Shown here: in pieces, positions 1 to 14,500 of the stretch
Layout: each line of letters begins with the position of its first letter
Numbering within the stretch: position 1 is the stretch's first letter
Assembly: GCA_040954595.2 (NCBI GenBank)
Contig: CM082576.2
Coordinates: forward strand, 11,783,129 to 11,847,128
Source of the DNA: Balanoglossus misakiensis
Lineage: Eukaryota; Animalia; Hemichordata
Length of the DNA stretch: 64,000 bases
Direction of reading: 5' to 3'
The notes under the pieces: model-generated
Told to the model about the DNA's origin: nothing
The model's input: only the letters and a program-made list of their open reading frames with translations
Databases searched by the model: none
Translations under genes and position numbers: made by a program

Positions 1-148
1 GAAACACGGTGTTCGAATTCGATTCGTGTCTTATTGCGCGTGGGCACATGTAAATCTAATCACGAACCGACGTAACACGTTTCCTGAAGATAAATTTGGA
101 CTGCGAGAGACACTCGAATGCAGAATATGTGAAATACTGGACAGTAGT

Positions 149-182
<34 letters not shown>

Positions 183-192
183 CACACACACA
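149..192. repeat. (AAC)n followed by (AC)n microsatellite
   Basis: About 11 AAC units directly followed by a short CA run. Confidence 0.9.
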
Positions 193-2488
193 GCGAGGAT
201 GTTAGATCGCTTCAAGTTTTAATATATTCATAGAAAGTTCGAATAAAGTCCACAGCGTCCGTGTGTGGCGACCCTGTCAAGCTAAAGACATCCACCGTGC
301 TTAAAGGCATGGTTGCACGCTATATGCTGCAGATGTGTCACGCATTATTTCCCATGATTATTTGTTTCAAAGCCAATGGTAATGGATGAGATAATAATTT
401 GTGTCCTCCCTCACATATACGTCCCATTCAGTACCAGAGACAAGATTTGATAAGGTGGGAAAAGTGACATTACATTTATGAAACATCAAAGATTATCATT
501 AAATGATCTTAATGCCATCAACAATTGAGAGTAGTTCCTATCGCAGACAAAATGACTCCTAAAATAGGGAATAAAAAATGCAAAATCTTCCCAGAAATAT
601 ATGGTGTGGTAACAAAACATGAATCCAATACAGTCTTTTTGAAATCTAACATATTAAGACCCGTGCACGTGGAAAGTAGCCTACCCGGGGTAATAAAAAA
701 CACAAGTTACCCAACTCGGTTGATCAGAGTGGCTTATGCAAAAGAACACCCAATTGTAAATATATCATTCTCTTTCTCTCCTTATTATCAAACTTATTCA
801 AAATTTAAAATGTGATACATGTATTTCAAAACCTCTCTTCTCTAAATTCTAAGCTATGTTCACCCCTTGTACCTCAGAAATGTACCGCGAGGCGCGTAAC
901 GTGAATCGAAAAGCGTCATCAACGGTCTCAATCGACACTATTTCTTTCCTTCGTTTAGTCTAATACACCTAAGGTTAAATCTACGTCTATTATATTTTAC
1001 AAAACTTTTGTCGAGTGAAAAGTTCAACTCGAATGCATTAATTAAAGCAGGCGGGATAGTATGAATATGTACAAGAGGTTTATTCCGAGTTTGAACGCAT
1101 GCATTTATACTAGACAAGGGACTTCAGATCTGGTAGAGGTGGGCAGTAAATTACTGCTGCGTCTCACACACATTTTAAATAACGTTATTGTTTGTCTATA
1201 AACTCCATAGATATCGATTTTATCGAATGCGACGTGTGAAATATTTGGTTAATGTGAATGTAGAAAGAGAGACAGAGATTGGGTTTTTCGAGAATTTTCT
1301 GATCACGACTGCCGGTGGTTTCACAGAAAGGACTATATCGGGACAAAGTGAGATATGCAAATGTACAAAGAGGGTAAGCCACATGGTCTTCGAGGTCAGC
1401 CAAAAGACAGAACGCAGACGTAATCAGAGTCAGAAGAAAATTGGGATTATTCGACACAACTTGGTATATTTTCGTGTGTTTTTAAAACCCATGGAATTCC
1501 AATGCAATGATTTTTGTCCCTAACTGTCTGACTAATTCAATAACAAATTGAAGTGATGTACCTGTTTCGCATTATTCCTTCACCAAAATGACCAACCATA
1601 TTTATTAGCATTTTAAATGCGTTCGTTAAGCAGTAAAGCCGTGTCAGCCGAGCTCCTGCTTTGTGACACGTAATTAAATTATACTGTGCCCACCGGAGTT
1701 CTATTTATAGCGCCAGGTAAAATGTGCTCCCGATAATACGCTTTCAACCCTAGGGTAAGCGGTGACGGACATGCGGAACTTGTCTTGTCCGCAAACCTCT
1801 GATCTGTAGTCACGTGACGATTAGATATTACCATGGACGTACCACATGATATTACACGAGTTGATCGCAATAGGTATAACTTACACGCACCAGAGATACT
1901 CAGTTTTCAATAAAAAAATACATAAACGTACAAAAAGACAAAAAAGAAACTGCTGCGTGAAGGTATGGGCAGATCAACAAACAAAACGCGTTTGCACTAA
2001 TATGATTTACATGCGATTATTGCTTCAAACTAATTTAGAAACGTGATATACAAAAACAATAATTGTGAGTAGTTGTGAGCTAATTATACTTTCTGATGAA
2101 ATGTTTTTTCCCTGTGATTTTACAAATATTGAAAATTTCACAACCAATTAAATAAAAATACAAATAAAATGCTCTTAGAAAATGAAAAGTCTCTGAATAA
2201 ATAATATAATACCTCAATATCAAACAACATATAAAGAAATTTGATGTATTTTCGACGTTGCCATTCTATCGTCCAAATGGCGACGATTCAAGAACCTTGT
2301 CAAAAATATACAAAATTGAAAATGAGAAACCCGCCACCAGTGACGTATAATAAAGGTGCCCAACGTTGGTGGCGTTGGCTGGCTGAAATTTGGCGAGTGA
2401 GAATTGCATATATATAATAAATTGCAATGTTTAAATAGAGTCTTTGAATAGGTTATAATACTAATAACCGGCGGAATTCCGAGAAAGT

Positions 2489-5400
2489 TCAGTCTGTCAG
2501 TTGGTTTTCGATGTAGTCGAGTTCGCGTGCCATCTGGCAGGCTGCGCATGGTCCACAACAGGTGGAGTAGAAGACGTCCTTAAAGACATCACCCTGTAGA
2601 CAGAACAGAGGAAACCCGTCAGGAGTATAAAAAACATGTACTGACACACGTCTGGGGCATTTGAATTTGAATGTGTTGAGGAGATGGACAACCAATTTCA
2701 TTTTTTTTCACCGGGGCGTGTATTAGAGATATCTATAATTTCGCATGAATAACTAAATGCAATTACGCGTGTTTATGCTGGTATCGCCATCTGTCGCGGA
2801 CGTGGACATAAATAAAACCATTTGCCGCATGTGTGTGTTTTAACACTGCTCACAAATATTGCCAAATGGGGTCATCTATGCACGAATTGTGCGATCAACA
2901 TCAATTTGAAAGCAAGTACTGTCTATCTCGCTCATCACGTGATTCTGATACCAATGATTTTTTCATCACGACAGTTTAGATGTTTCAATTGTGTTATGTG
3001 AAATTTACATTGTAGTTGATGTGTGACCTTGCTTCTTGTGGCAATAGTTGAGCTGATAATCTACACCGATGATGCGTTTTTAGTCAATTACGCGGGTTGA
3101 TTTTTTTTTCATCGGCAATATTGCTCCCCTGTCGAAATGATGCCAATCCACAATATGCTACCATCCCGTTGCTACTGCTTTCAATAGGGTCAAAAAAGCC
3201 ATTAAAACTAAAAATAGATTATAAACGGACGGGTTGTGACAATCGCGTATTATTTTGTATTGTGTGCTCTCATATTTAATTGTTTTCGAGGTAAGTGTTG
3301 TGGTAATGCATTTTTTATTGATGACTGGAGTATAAAGTACGACATTTTGAATCAGCACACGGAGCATGCGTGGTGCGAGTTGTTTGTTGCCCAGTACACG
3401 ACAAATCAGACAGCAAAGTTCTCCAAAGACCGAATACTAACCTCGATTTTATGTTGCAATCTCATTTTTGTTCGCAGGCCCGTCAGTCCACAGGGCCACC
3501 AAAAACCTGCGCAGAAAGGCTCATCCAGTCTGGCTGACACCTCGCACAGGAAACAAGGCAAGAAACAACAACCACACATACCTGTTGAAGACAGTAAAGA
3601 AGTAAGGATGTGAACCATGTTTCTTCTCTGCCTGTCTCTCTTTCCCTCCCTCCCCTCTGTCTGTCTGTCTGTCTGTATGTATGTCTCTCTCTCTCTCTGT
3701 CTCTCCCTCCCTCCCTCCCCTCCCTCCCTCCTCACTGTTTGCATAACTCTTATATCTTACGCGTACGTTACATAGACGACAGAACGGGTCAGAGATGACA
3801 GATTGCTTATATTGATTAACTGCGGAATGAGAAACACAAGATCTCTTTTCCAAGGATTTTGGACATGATGAAGTATACTCGTTGATTTTCGTCGAGATCT
3901 GGACAATGCTGTTTGCATTCAACATTAGACAACTTATGGTCGGTGTCTGAGGTTCAAGCGAAGCTGGGTTATATGATCTGAAAATAAACGGCCTTGCTTA
4001 CAGCTTCTTGGCTCTCCAGCGCAGTGCCATATGTCTGTTGTCCATTCCCGCGGATGTTTGTGATGCTGTAAGGAAATGCAAAGCAAAGAGTCATGTCACG
4101 TAGCAGAACCACTGATCGAACTTGGAATTTACGACATACATGTCATTATATTTCGCCATGATTTCACAAAAATCGGTGGGGGCTGGACCGTATCACCTTG
4201 CCGTATTTCGTCTAAAAAGTAATCTTTCGTTTAAATGACAAGGCTATAAACGGACAGTTTGAAGTCATGTTTCCTTTAATAAAACATTGGCGACGAAATG
4301 AAATTTATTCGGAAACTGGGAAAAATTGTGTGCAAAATTTCTTGGTCAGTTTATGGCGACAGGAACCCCGTGGGAATACTACAGTGTCCGTGACTATTAT
4401 CGAACAACGTCATGATACTTGAAACAAATCTAACCAGAATTATTATTTTGTCTAATTCTTCTTCTTGGTCTGTTATCACGTGACAGATTGACAGACAGAA
4501 TGCAAATAGAGACAGTTCTGTCAGAGACAGAATCGAGAGTCGTGCCAGAAGGTGTTGGTCAGGCCACGCGTGACGTCACAAGTCAAAGCAAGCAGGCGTC
4601 GATCGTGTTACGCGCTCGAGGAATATTCATTTCGAAAGTACAGACTACCACATGGTTGACAACATGCCCACTGACACGACGCACCGCCTTCTAGCAAGGT
4701 GACGTCACTAATACACGTGACACATGTCCACGACATCGGACATGCAAGTTTCTAGTCTACACAAGCCACTACAAGCTACAGGAGAGAAAATGAATTATTT
4801 AGAAAAAAACAGGAAAATAATGCAAATCCGCTCACGTCATACACACACCCAACTCGACAGAATTATGGATCTTGATAATTTATATGCATAGCCACGGCGT
4901 GTGACGGGTCCGTGGCATAACCATGCTTTAGATGTTCATAATACTCACACGTCGGCATGCAAATGATGAGAGTGCTCGGTGACGCTGAGAATTCATAATC
5001 ACTTCACAAACTAAAATACCACTTCAGTCCCATGCACATGATATACGAGTGAATGTTAATAATGGTAAAGGAAAAGTAAATGGAAACACTGGAAGAAAAA
5101 TCAGACAACAACAAACGAAAATTCTTTGTTAAATGATATTTTAATGAGTCTAGTCATGTGAAAATATATCGACTAAACGAAATATACTTATGATCTTCTA
5201 TAACAACGAACGACTTCCGTGGCAAGGAACAGAAATGGAACAGAAAATAATCGATGGGACGATGTTCACGTTGGAAAATAAAACAAGTTTACCGGGCGAC
5301 GCACACGTCTAAACAGGATCACGTGACGTATTGCAACGAAAAACGTACACAGATAACATTGCTTTCCTTTGCATTATTCTTCCCGTGAGTAAGTTTGGCA

Positions 5401-8400
5401 ATTTTTCTCGTCCCTTTTGAATCACCTTCAAACTTCAACAGCAGCTGAAATCAATTCAAAGAAAAGGGGGAAAAAGAGAAACGAAAAAGAAAAAAATTGA
5501 AATATTTGACCAGTTTGTAATCACGTGTGTATTGTTGTCAACCATGTGATGTGCGTTGTGGTCAGGAATAGGGGTGATCATGGGGTGGGTGTGCAAGTCT
5601 GAGGTTCAGTTTTCGTCGCTGTTTGGTGGATTCAAAATGATAGGAATGGAGATATCGAAGAAGATGATAGTCAAGAATCAAATCGGCCTGTTTTTTATCG
5701 CAACTTTAGACTGGCTACTTCTACATTATAAAGTTAATTAATGGCGGGTAACACGGTAGCTGTAGGAGTACAGGTTTAAGTTAGTGCCTAATTCATACAG
5801 TTAGTTGGTAGTTGGTTAGTGTGTTATTTGCATTATTTCGCCACAGTTAGACTGCTAGTATCATGTCAATACGGATTTCGGGGATATTAATGTAAAAGTG
5901 GTTAGAATGGCCCATCAGGCGAAACGGGACATCGATGATGTTGGAATGATTGAGGTATACTCAGTGAGAAAGCAGCGCAAAGCTGAAATCGAATGCATGC
6001 TCTATATTGTTTAAATGTCAAAAACTGTATAAAAGCGACTATTATGGAGCGTCTGGGTTCACACGTCTTGGACTTCCAACCAGAGCCAAATGTTAGTACA
6101 TTCCTCGCCACATCGTGGCTACTCTGAGTACGGTTCTCTATAGACCGCGTCATTTCAAGGCACTGGTCCAGTCACACAGTACACCAAAAAAAAACAACGC
6201 AGTAAAGTGATTTCAAAGTTGGTCTGAAACATCTTTGAAGGACTACACGCACTTAGGTAAACACCTGTAAGTTGGCGCTCAGACAAAAAAAGTCTGAGAG
6301 GAAATGAAGTGATACACGTCATCTGATATTCTATCCCTCTCGTGCTCACGCTCTGTCTAGCCATTGACTGCGAGATTACACCATCAACGGAGGAGCGGCG
6401 ATAGGCCATTAAAACGGCGGTAACGGGGACGGGAGACGTGACAGGAATACGGACACTTAATTTTCTCGGGTAATTCTAAACTGACCTATGGGGTCACGAA
6501 TGATCGGAAATTAAGCGTCTCTTAATGTTTACTTGATAGTTTCAGCCAGAAGATATCATTATAGTTATGCAGCTGTTCAGTTGCAAGCAATTTGTGATGG
6601 AAATGATACGTGCAGTCTCAGTGAGAAACATTCAACGTACCATGCAAGTAACAAAACATAAAAGAGAACATGTAAAATGTTAGCGTCTAGATGGTGGTTA
6701 CATGATGGCAATGATGGACACATAACATCAGCAGGACTACTCTGTGAAATATTATAAAGTAAGCAAACAAAGAATATCCTCAGAACCCTCCAAAGTTTCA
6801 CCGGTTTCTTACCTAGTCGACTGTTCGGGGATTTAAGAACAATACAATCACGTCTTGGCTCCACAAGTGGTACTGATCAGGTATCGCCAGCACCACACCT
6901 CAAGTTATTTGAAGTCTGGTGTTGGTATCTGATGTCTTGAGGCTCCGTACTGATTTTTGTTCAAATAAACACTCACGATCATTTTTTGACAGGCTTCACT
7001 CATTTAGAAGCGTTCATGCTTTCTAGCAAAACAAGAGCTTGCAAATCGTTCTGTTTTGGTACCAAACTTTGAGAGTGCGTTGCTTAGAAAGATGATTTCA
7101 TTTGGTTTTCGTGGTTTCAAGGGAATTTTACTGGGGATGGCTGAGCAGAATTTGAATGAGCGAAACCAAAAAATAAATGGACGGTTGCTAAGAGAGGATG
7201 ACCCCGGTTGTGCGCGAACGCATTCGCCTGGGACACCTCAGCATCTCAACATATCTGTGTCGCGTTGATTGCATCGCGATCGCGGCGCGTCATTTTTATG
7301 ATTCAGTAGACCGTCGATATCTTCACAACTCATCCAATAAAGATGTAAATATATAGATGGCGGTTTGGTAAGGTCGTTCAGTCTTCTGAATGAGCTTATG
7401 GACAGCTGTGAGGCAACTACTCCTCCATTAACGTTGGAATCGATTTCCGCTGGGGCCTGGTCGCCTCATCACGAATCGCGGAAATGATGGAGGCAGTTGG
7501 GAGGTATGGCAACAACACAACGCTCTCGTCCTGACGTATATTCTGGGTAAAGACTTAAAAATATGAATCGAGATGGCATTCTCTAAGTTTGCCTTCAAAT
7601 CCTAAGCGTTGCGTCAGTGCGGTCCGAAATATATAACGCAAATATGTCCCCCAGATGATATGATATATGCTAATACAGGGATATGTTGCGGGAGTGAATT
7701 GAGAATATAAAGACGTTGCCTTGAGAAATGAACACCTTTGCAGTCGGACAGTACGAAGCATTTGGCACATGCGCAAAGCTTGAAAGAAATTTGCTGAAAT
7801 ATTTGTTATGGGTGAAGCTGTTTTTATTTTGGTTATGAGAGGGCGAGAATGTAAAGACGGGGCCGTTAGTATCAATAACTGGTGTCATGAATAAATGCAT
7901 CTTATCATATGCCTATATTCACGTGCCCATGTCAAGTCTATGGGGAAAAGCGCCCTCACATCCATGCAGTTTTTTTGCTTATCATGCCCCGGCCCGGTGA
8001 CCATATTTGGAAGACGCGTTCACTATCCGGATCTAGTTTTGTGTTTATTGTGCGAGATTCGAAAGTTGTCGTTGCTACGTTCGGAATTAATTTTTTTTCT
8101 GGTGCGGTGTCAGTGACTAGTGCGCCGCTACCGAATCCCATCCTCTTCCATAATCGCTGCATGTTGTAGAGCCTTATTTGGAAATATGAATAGTAAAATT
8201 GATGATTTGATCTGATTAATGTGGCGTCGATCGTCGCGAAGAAAAAATAATGTTTTGCTCGCGCTCGGCTGTGTGAGTTCGAGCGCGTCTATATCTCACG
8301 TGCAATAGAATGTAAACAAATGACATCGTGCATATCAATCCGCAAGAACTGGAGGAATACGGCTCTATGCTACGCGATTGATCATTTCAAAACGATAGAT

Positions 8401-9345
8401 AAAAGCGTAATATTTACATTCCAAAATATTACAGAATATGTATTTTATTAATTTCTTGTTGATTATTGTTCAATAAGGCATATGATAAAACCTTTACGGC
8501 CCTGATACGGGTTTTGCGGCCCTCGGTCGTACGGCGATCCGCGCCCTCCCTGCGGTCGGGCGCTTCCGCCGTACGACCTCGGGCCGCAAAACCCGTATGA
8601 GGGCCGTAAAGATTAGTGTCGAATACGACGCGCGATCGACTGAGAATGTCTTGAGGCCACAATACAAAAGTTGAATACGTCAGAAATAACCATCCACTAT
8701 ACGGGGCCCCATTGCACTCGGCATAACCCTGCGTAATTTGAATCACCTTTCATTATGCATATGATGTGGAAAAAAGACTTGTCAATTAGTCAAGGGACTC
8801 AACATATCTGCAGACTTGCACATGCGCTGTGGGTTGTTTACACGCGAGTTCTTGAAGTCCAATATTGCTCATCGACTTTGGCCACAGATGGGAAAGCCCA
8901 TCCGAGTTAAAATTCGGAAACCATAGGTTTGTATTTTGTAGCGTTTGACTGAACCGCAAATCGTGAAAATGATTAAGTCACACACACGCCGCGCAGCTCT
9001 TTCTGCTCGTGTTTCTGTGGCACACACTGCCATTAAGTCATCAGAACCATCAGATACAGCATCTCGAACTATTTTCCATCTTGTTTTCTTGCATGTGTGA
9101 ATTATTTTAATCGTGACAACCGAAAATAGCTACAGCTGCAAGTGACGAATGCATAATTAAAGCATGACGTATGTGCATGATGCAGTGAGAATTACAAAAA
9201 AAATTAAGCTGAGAACGATATTCAACCACCGCAAATAACCTACCTCCGCTTCGCTCCCTCCAGGACTCTCCGGGATGGGGCTCTGGCTGGCCCGCCTGGG
9301 TTGTTCAGTCTTCGGCGTGGGCATCTTGTCGTTGTATTTCTCCAT
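2489..9345 (-). CDS. PLAC8/cornifelin-family cysteine-rich protein, copy 1 (spliced)
   Basis: Exons 9345-9244, 4065-4002, 3581-3442, 2593-2489, all GT-AG with consistent phases (0,1,0). Protein: MEKYNDKMPTPKTEQPR...SEAE|HHKHPREWTTDIWHCAGEPRSCMCGCCFLPCFLCEVSARLDEPFCAGFWWPCGLTGLRTKMRLQHKIE|GDVFKDVFYSTCCGPCAACQMARELDYIENQLTD*. The W...C...CxxPC, LRTKMR..I.G...D and CCxPCxxCQMxRE motifs are PLAC8-domain hallmarks. The first exon is assigned by similarity to the paralog (MEK...T[ED]QPR) and is less certain than the last three. Confidence 0.88.
3632..3733. repeat. Compound pyrimidine-rich microsatellite (CCCT/CTGT/CT)n, intronic
   Basis: Visible low-complexity run that explains the REGG/TDRQ ORF artefacts. 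Confidence 0.85.
4949..4996 (-). CDS. Candidate alternative first coding exon of cornifelin-like copy 1
   Basis: ttttag acceptor, then ATG at 4996, MNSQRHRALSSFACRR, and a strong phase-0 donor GTGAGT, in frame with exon 4065-4002. Confidence 0.4.
7902..8611. mobile_element. Non-autonomous Helentron/DINE-1(HINE)-like element: 13-bp inverted repeats plus terminal hairpin
   Basis: Exact inverted repeat TTATCATATGCCT (7902-7914) / AGGCATATGATAA (8476-8488), followed immediately by a 120-bp foldback (8492-8611) with a ~45-bp stem and 3 mismatches. Non-coding. The family assignment is inferred from architecture. Confidence 0.55.
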
Positions 9346-11337
9346 GACGAACGGACAACTATTAGTAATGGAAGCTAAGGCCTGTCGTTGTTAACCTAAT
9401 CTACAGTCAGCGACACTCAGCTTCGACACCTTTAGGGAAAACTGAAAAGATTCAATACAATCCAGGTAAAGAAAAAGAGAATGAAAACGGTTCAGTGTTC
9501 TGCCAATGCCACACCAGGGTGTATTATTATTATAATGAACAAAATATGATACTTCCTGTAATTTATCTGCAATCAAAAATTATCTACAAGCGAAAGAAAA
9601 CGTATAGCCCTGCACATAATTAGAACTCGCGTTAGACCAGACGTGTATTATCCTGACCCAGTTTCTTTAAGCCAGAATAATAATAAACATGGCAAAGTAA
9701 ATATTGTATATTGGCTAAATTTGACGTATTCCTAGAAATCTTACTCGTACATAATGTGCGCCAGAGGGAGTCTACTATTGCTTTCAGTGTAGACCGTAAA
9801 GCAAAAATATGCTCTCTTTCGGCGATTCTCGTGGATGAAACAGCGAGCATGGTTTCCCGCGCGAAATCAAGAATTACCGATTATGTCGGGCATAGAGATG
9901 GCTGTCCTGGCTTCAAGTTTTTCGGCGTTGTCATCGCTGCCTTGTGCGTCGCTCACAGAAACGCCGGGGCTGGTTAATTTTTCTCAGCTAAATATTCATC
10001 ATAATTATCCGATAGATTTCCACGAGGCGCCCTTTTATACAGCGGTTAACGATACAGACGTTAAACATTTACCCATGATCCACGTCCTCGCGCGCGTGAA
10101 TCACGGGTGCCATGGCAACGGAATGCAGAGAACAGTTAAAAGGTTGTCTCACAAACTAACTATATCTCAAAGGAGAAAATATAATCCCGAGTCACTCCGC
10201 GCGGTAAATGTTGTTTCTATTATCTCCGGTCCGTCAGAGATTCAATATGCAAAGGTGCCGAATTTCGATTCGAAAGTTTTTTAAGATTCCCGAGGCCACA
10301 ATCAATCGCTCGATCGCTCAGAGACTGATGAACTCGAATGTCATAAACAATGCATTGCCATGTTGACATGGGCAACTGTAACGAAGAGTATTTGTTCCAA
10401 GAAACAAGAAGAATCAGTCAGCAGCGCATCCGTGTTAATTTCAAATAACGAAAATCGTGCCTCAAAGAAGACGATGTTCAGTGATGGAGACGTGACCTCT
10501 CCCTGACCCAGAGGCTTTATAAAAATCAATGACCCGAGTTTAGATGAGCGCCTTGCATTCAGAAAACAGAGATTAATCTTGCGAAATTCGTAAATCGGTC
10601 TTGCCCCCTTGATACGGAATCTCTTGAGATGTGTCATCGAACAAGAACGACTCATCTATTTCCTCGAACAAAGAAGTAAGTTATCTCTGTGACGTGTGTC
10701 GCAGCGAAGCATCACACCGCTACTTATTTATATCGGATGCCCGTGTGTGGTAATTTATGTCAGAACGAGCGAGTTGGCAACGCAGCCTGCGCTGTACCTT
10801 CAGTGTGCGGTGAATTCAACAAATCCCCTGACGAAAAGAGCCGTGAGATGAAAACAGCAACGCCCACTCGCTCTTCGCGGGTTGCCATGTTTCGCGAGAA
10901 AGTGCAGTCTACATCACATCGCCTGCTGTACATGGCCAGCGTAAAATAGGAGTGTAGAAACAATCGTCAAAATTACGGACAAGAATCCAAACCAACATGC
11001 TTGTCATAATCTCATTGCTAATAAAATATGGACACATACTTAGTGTTTCAATTTAGGAGGATAATTAGAAGAAACTGCATAAGACATGCGTAGACGAATG
11101 CTTAGCAACGAACAGAGCCGAGCGTATCTTTTGACTCTGAATAGGATGGCAGTTAATGATTTCAATATAGCATGTCTCGAGAAGATGATCGTGATGTGAA
11201 ATATTAATAAAAGGATCGCTTAAGGAAGTGGACAGCTTTGAAAGAGCTAGACGATATCATTCTTTCGTCGTTTGCTTCTATGTCAATCAAGAGGGTCTTC
11301 TCGTTCTGTAGGCAAGTCAATTTATTTGCTACAATTT

Positions 11338-11538
<201 letters not shown>

Positions 11539-14500
11539 TTAAAATATTTGGCATGAGAATCAGCACAATGCACGGGCCACCAAAGCGCAAATTCAATGCC
11601 ATAAACACATGGTACAAACACACCACTCAGCCCTGCTTCATATTACAATAACAAAATAGACTATTATCATTTATTATATTAATTTATGTTAGGTATTTTG
11701 TGACAAATGTTAGCACTGAGTAAGATATATTACAATAGATTTAATGTGCTTACGCCGGTGATTATTTTTTACTATTCAAAACCATAAATTAAACAAATGT
11801 TTTAAAATGAAATATTACTTTAACGTAATATTTAAGTTAGAACTATGTCAAAGTCTTTTCCAAATAAGGGTAAAATCTAAAAGTTTTTTTTTTTTAATTT
11901 TAATGTGGACTTCAGACTGAGAGTAACATCGCGTCATTTGGACTCGTGGTTATCCGCACATTAAAAGGTTCCCCCGGTTCATTAAAAAATCGATACAAAG
12001 TAATGTTTATGTTCTGTAAATGTCGGTGGTTATTTAATGAAATCCTAGATACGTCAGCGCTTATTGATTATTTAACTTTTCATGATGCGCCGAAATCATA
12101 CGTTTTCAGACGACAAAAGGGTCACCCCTACACTGTCAATGTGAAATGTTTGATTGTCAATTTTTTTCATAATGGACGACGCGTAGTTTATAAACTCGCC
12201 GTTCGAATTATCGCATCCCATTAGACTCCCACGTTGAGTCAACACTGGCGCAAATTAACCAGGAAATTGTCTCGGGCATTGAAAACAGTTAAATATCGCG
12301 AGCCGTCAATGAATTACCGCGATATAAGGGCGAGTGACAGTCCGTTTATATTAAGGGAATTGTTTCATTTTTACGTATTTGTGGGTTTTCAACGCAGATG
12401 GTTTGCATGGAAAGCATGGGGCCACCAACATCTGCACCAGCAGAAATATCAGTGTCGGCAAATATATCCGTCAAGAGCGGTGACCTCACACTGCGCATTT
12501 CACATCAGCAGCAACAACACCCATGCGTAGCCCATCTCAATCGGCAGGCCGCCCTTACTGAAGTCAATTATAAAGTCATGCATAATTGAGCATCTCGTTA
12601 TTGTCGATTTTAATCAGCGATGTGGTGAATCCATTTCTTGATGATCGATGGCGTCAGCTTGAAATTCATCCCGATGTCGAGCCAGTGTTGAATAAAAAAA
12701 AGAATACGCACAGGGTTTTTTTTATGACACGCTCGAATGACTTAGCCCCGAAACCATCATGACGCAGCGAAACAAACACACCTGCGTTGATGCCTCCTTA
12801 TGCAGATTAGAAAATTGACGGATCATGTTGCTATCATAACAACTCGTGTGTCCTTTCAGATTTTTAGAACGACAATACGGACATTACGATCTGTGCACAG
12901 AAAGATGAGCACGGCCTCGCCTTTCTCCGTCCGCGACGCCGTAATCGTCGAATTTCAAAAACAACGTAGGTGATAATGATGTCCATCGCAAATCGGGGCG
13001 GTGTTTACGACTGAATTTTCTGTGAACGCGTCGACTGTCGTTCGGTCGGCAGATGTTGCAGCGGCGATAAAAGTTGTATAAAATCCCGTATATCAAAAAG
13101 GGGCGAATGTCCTCCCTACCTTGCTGGATGAACACAATATTCGTATCGCGTTTGAAAAAAATAAACGATACCAAATTTCGAATTTAAGCAATCACTCTAC
13201 CGGCACACGACTGACATACATTTTAACGATAAACATCTCATTTACGCATCGATATGTACAAAAAAGGCTGATGTACATACCTACTGCATCGCAGTTGAAT
13301 CGACAGTCTCCCACCGCGACTATGACCTCTATGGGGTACGAGCGATATGACGACAGCGACCGAGTCTAGTCTTGAACAGGCGAGCAGTTTTTCATGAATA
13401 TATTTAATGAATATTCATAACGCGGTAGGGTCGAGAGTGAGCGCGACTCGGCAGTCAACAACACGCTCGTATTCTGAACGCCAAGAGTCATGCGTAGTGT
13501 GTGGTTTTCTCCTTTTCGAAACCGTGTGTATTGTTTTGAAAGTCATAAAATTATGAGGTAATCACATTATCTTTTGAAAACGTCATTGATTGAGAAAATG
13601 TGATCACTCTTTTCAAAAACACATAAATTTCGTCAAATATTTTAATTATGCAAATTACGGGGGATTGGCACGTCACTCTCTTGTAATAATTTAAACATAG
13701 TATTAATTTTAGTAGTGTGGTTATCTTTAATGTAAATATTTATATATATTTGGGCGGGGGCTAACCATTCACAAACTAGCTTCTAAAATCGTGTTGTGTC
13801 GCACGGCCGTTTTGAATACGCAATAAAGCGCAAAACACGCCGTAATTGTTTTATCATCTTGATCAGCGCTCGTAAATTTTAATTTTATATGATGAACGTA
13901 TTTCATGTTCATGGTGTATGCAGCTATTCATTCCAGGCTTGGATCGCGCATTCGTTGGTGATGAACTCATTTTGCCGTGACTTTCATGGTAATTATAACG
14001 GTGATGCCGAATGATGCGAAGGGTGTTTGCGTCCTTGCGAGATTGTTGATGAGAGGGAAGATGTCTTCGCGACAGACGCGACATGCATAATGACCAAGGC
14101 TTGCTGTGATGTCAGACTTGTTCAGTATGGAGGAAAGAACCTCAACACGAGATCCACATTAATCTATATCAATTCCCCATTCGGCACACACTGCATAAGT
14201 ATATAGCGCTAAGAATGTTGGCAACTCCTTTGGGTTTTAGGAAATATATTGTACATTTCAAACAGCAATATTTGCATCAAGCTCTATTGCCAGTTATGAT
14301 TCTCACTTGGTCATGACTGGATTAGCAATCTCTCTCTGCCTGGCTGCCTGTTCATATTTTTGCTGGTTCCGCTCTGACGGTGATTTGTACCTTCTATTGA
14401 AATATGAACGACGATAGAGAAAACCCGTTTTCACTTTCCTTTCGTTGGTGGCGCCGTAAGTGACTGCTTTTCTCACAGGCCCTGCAGAAACAGCATGAAT

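Noticed and set aside
12221-13370. Possible MITE bounded by TAGACTC...GAGTCTA
   Set aside because: Only a 7-bp inverted match over 1.1 kb, which cannot be supported without a genome-wide copy search.
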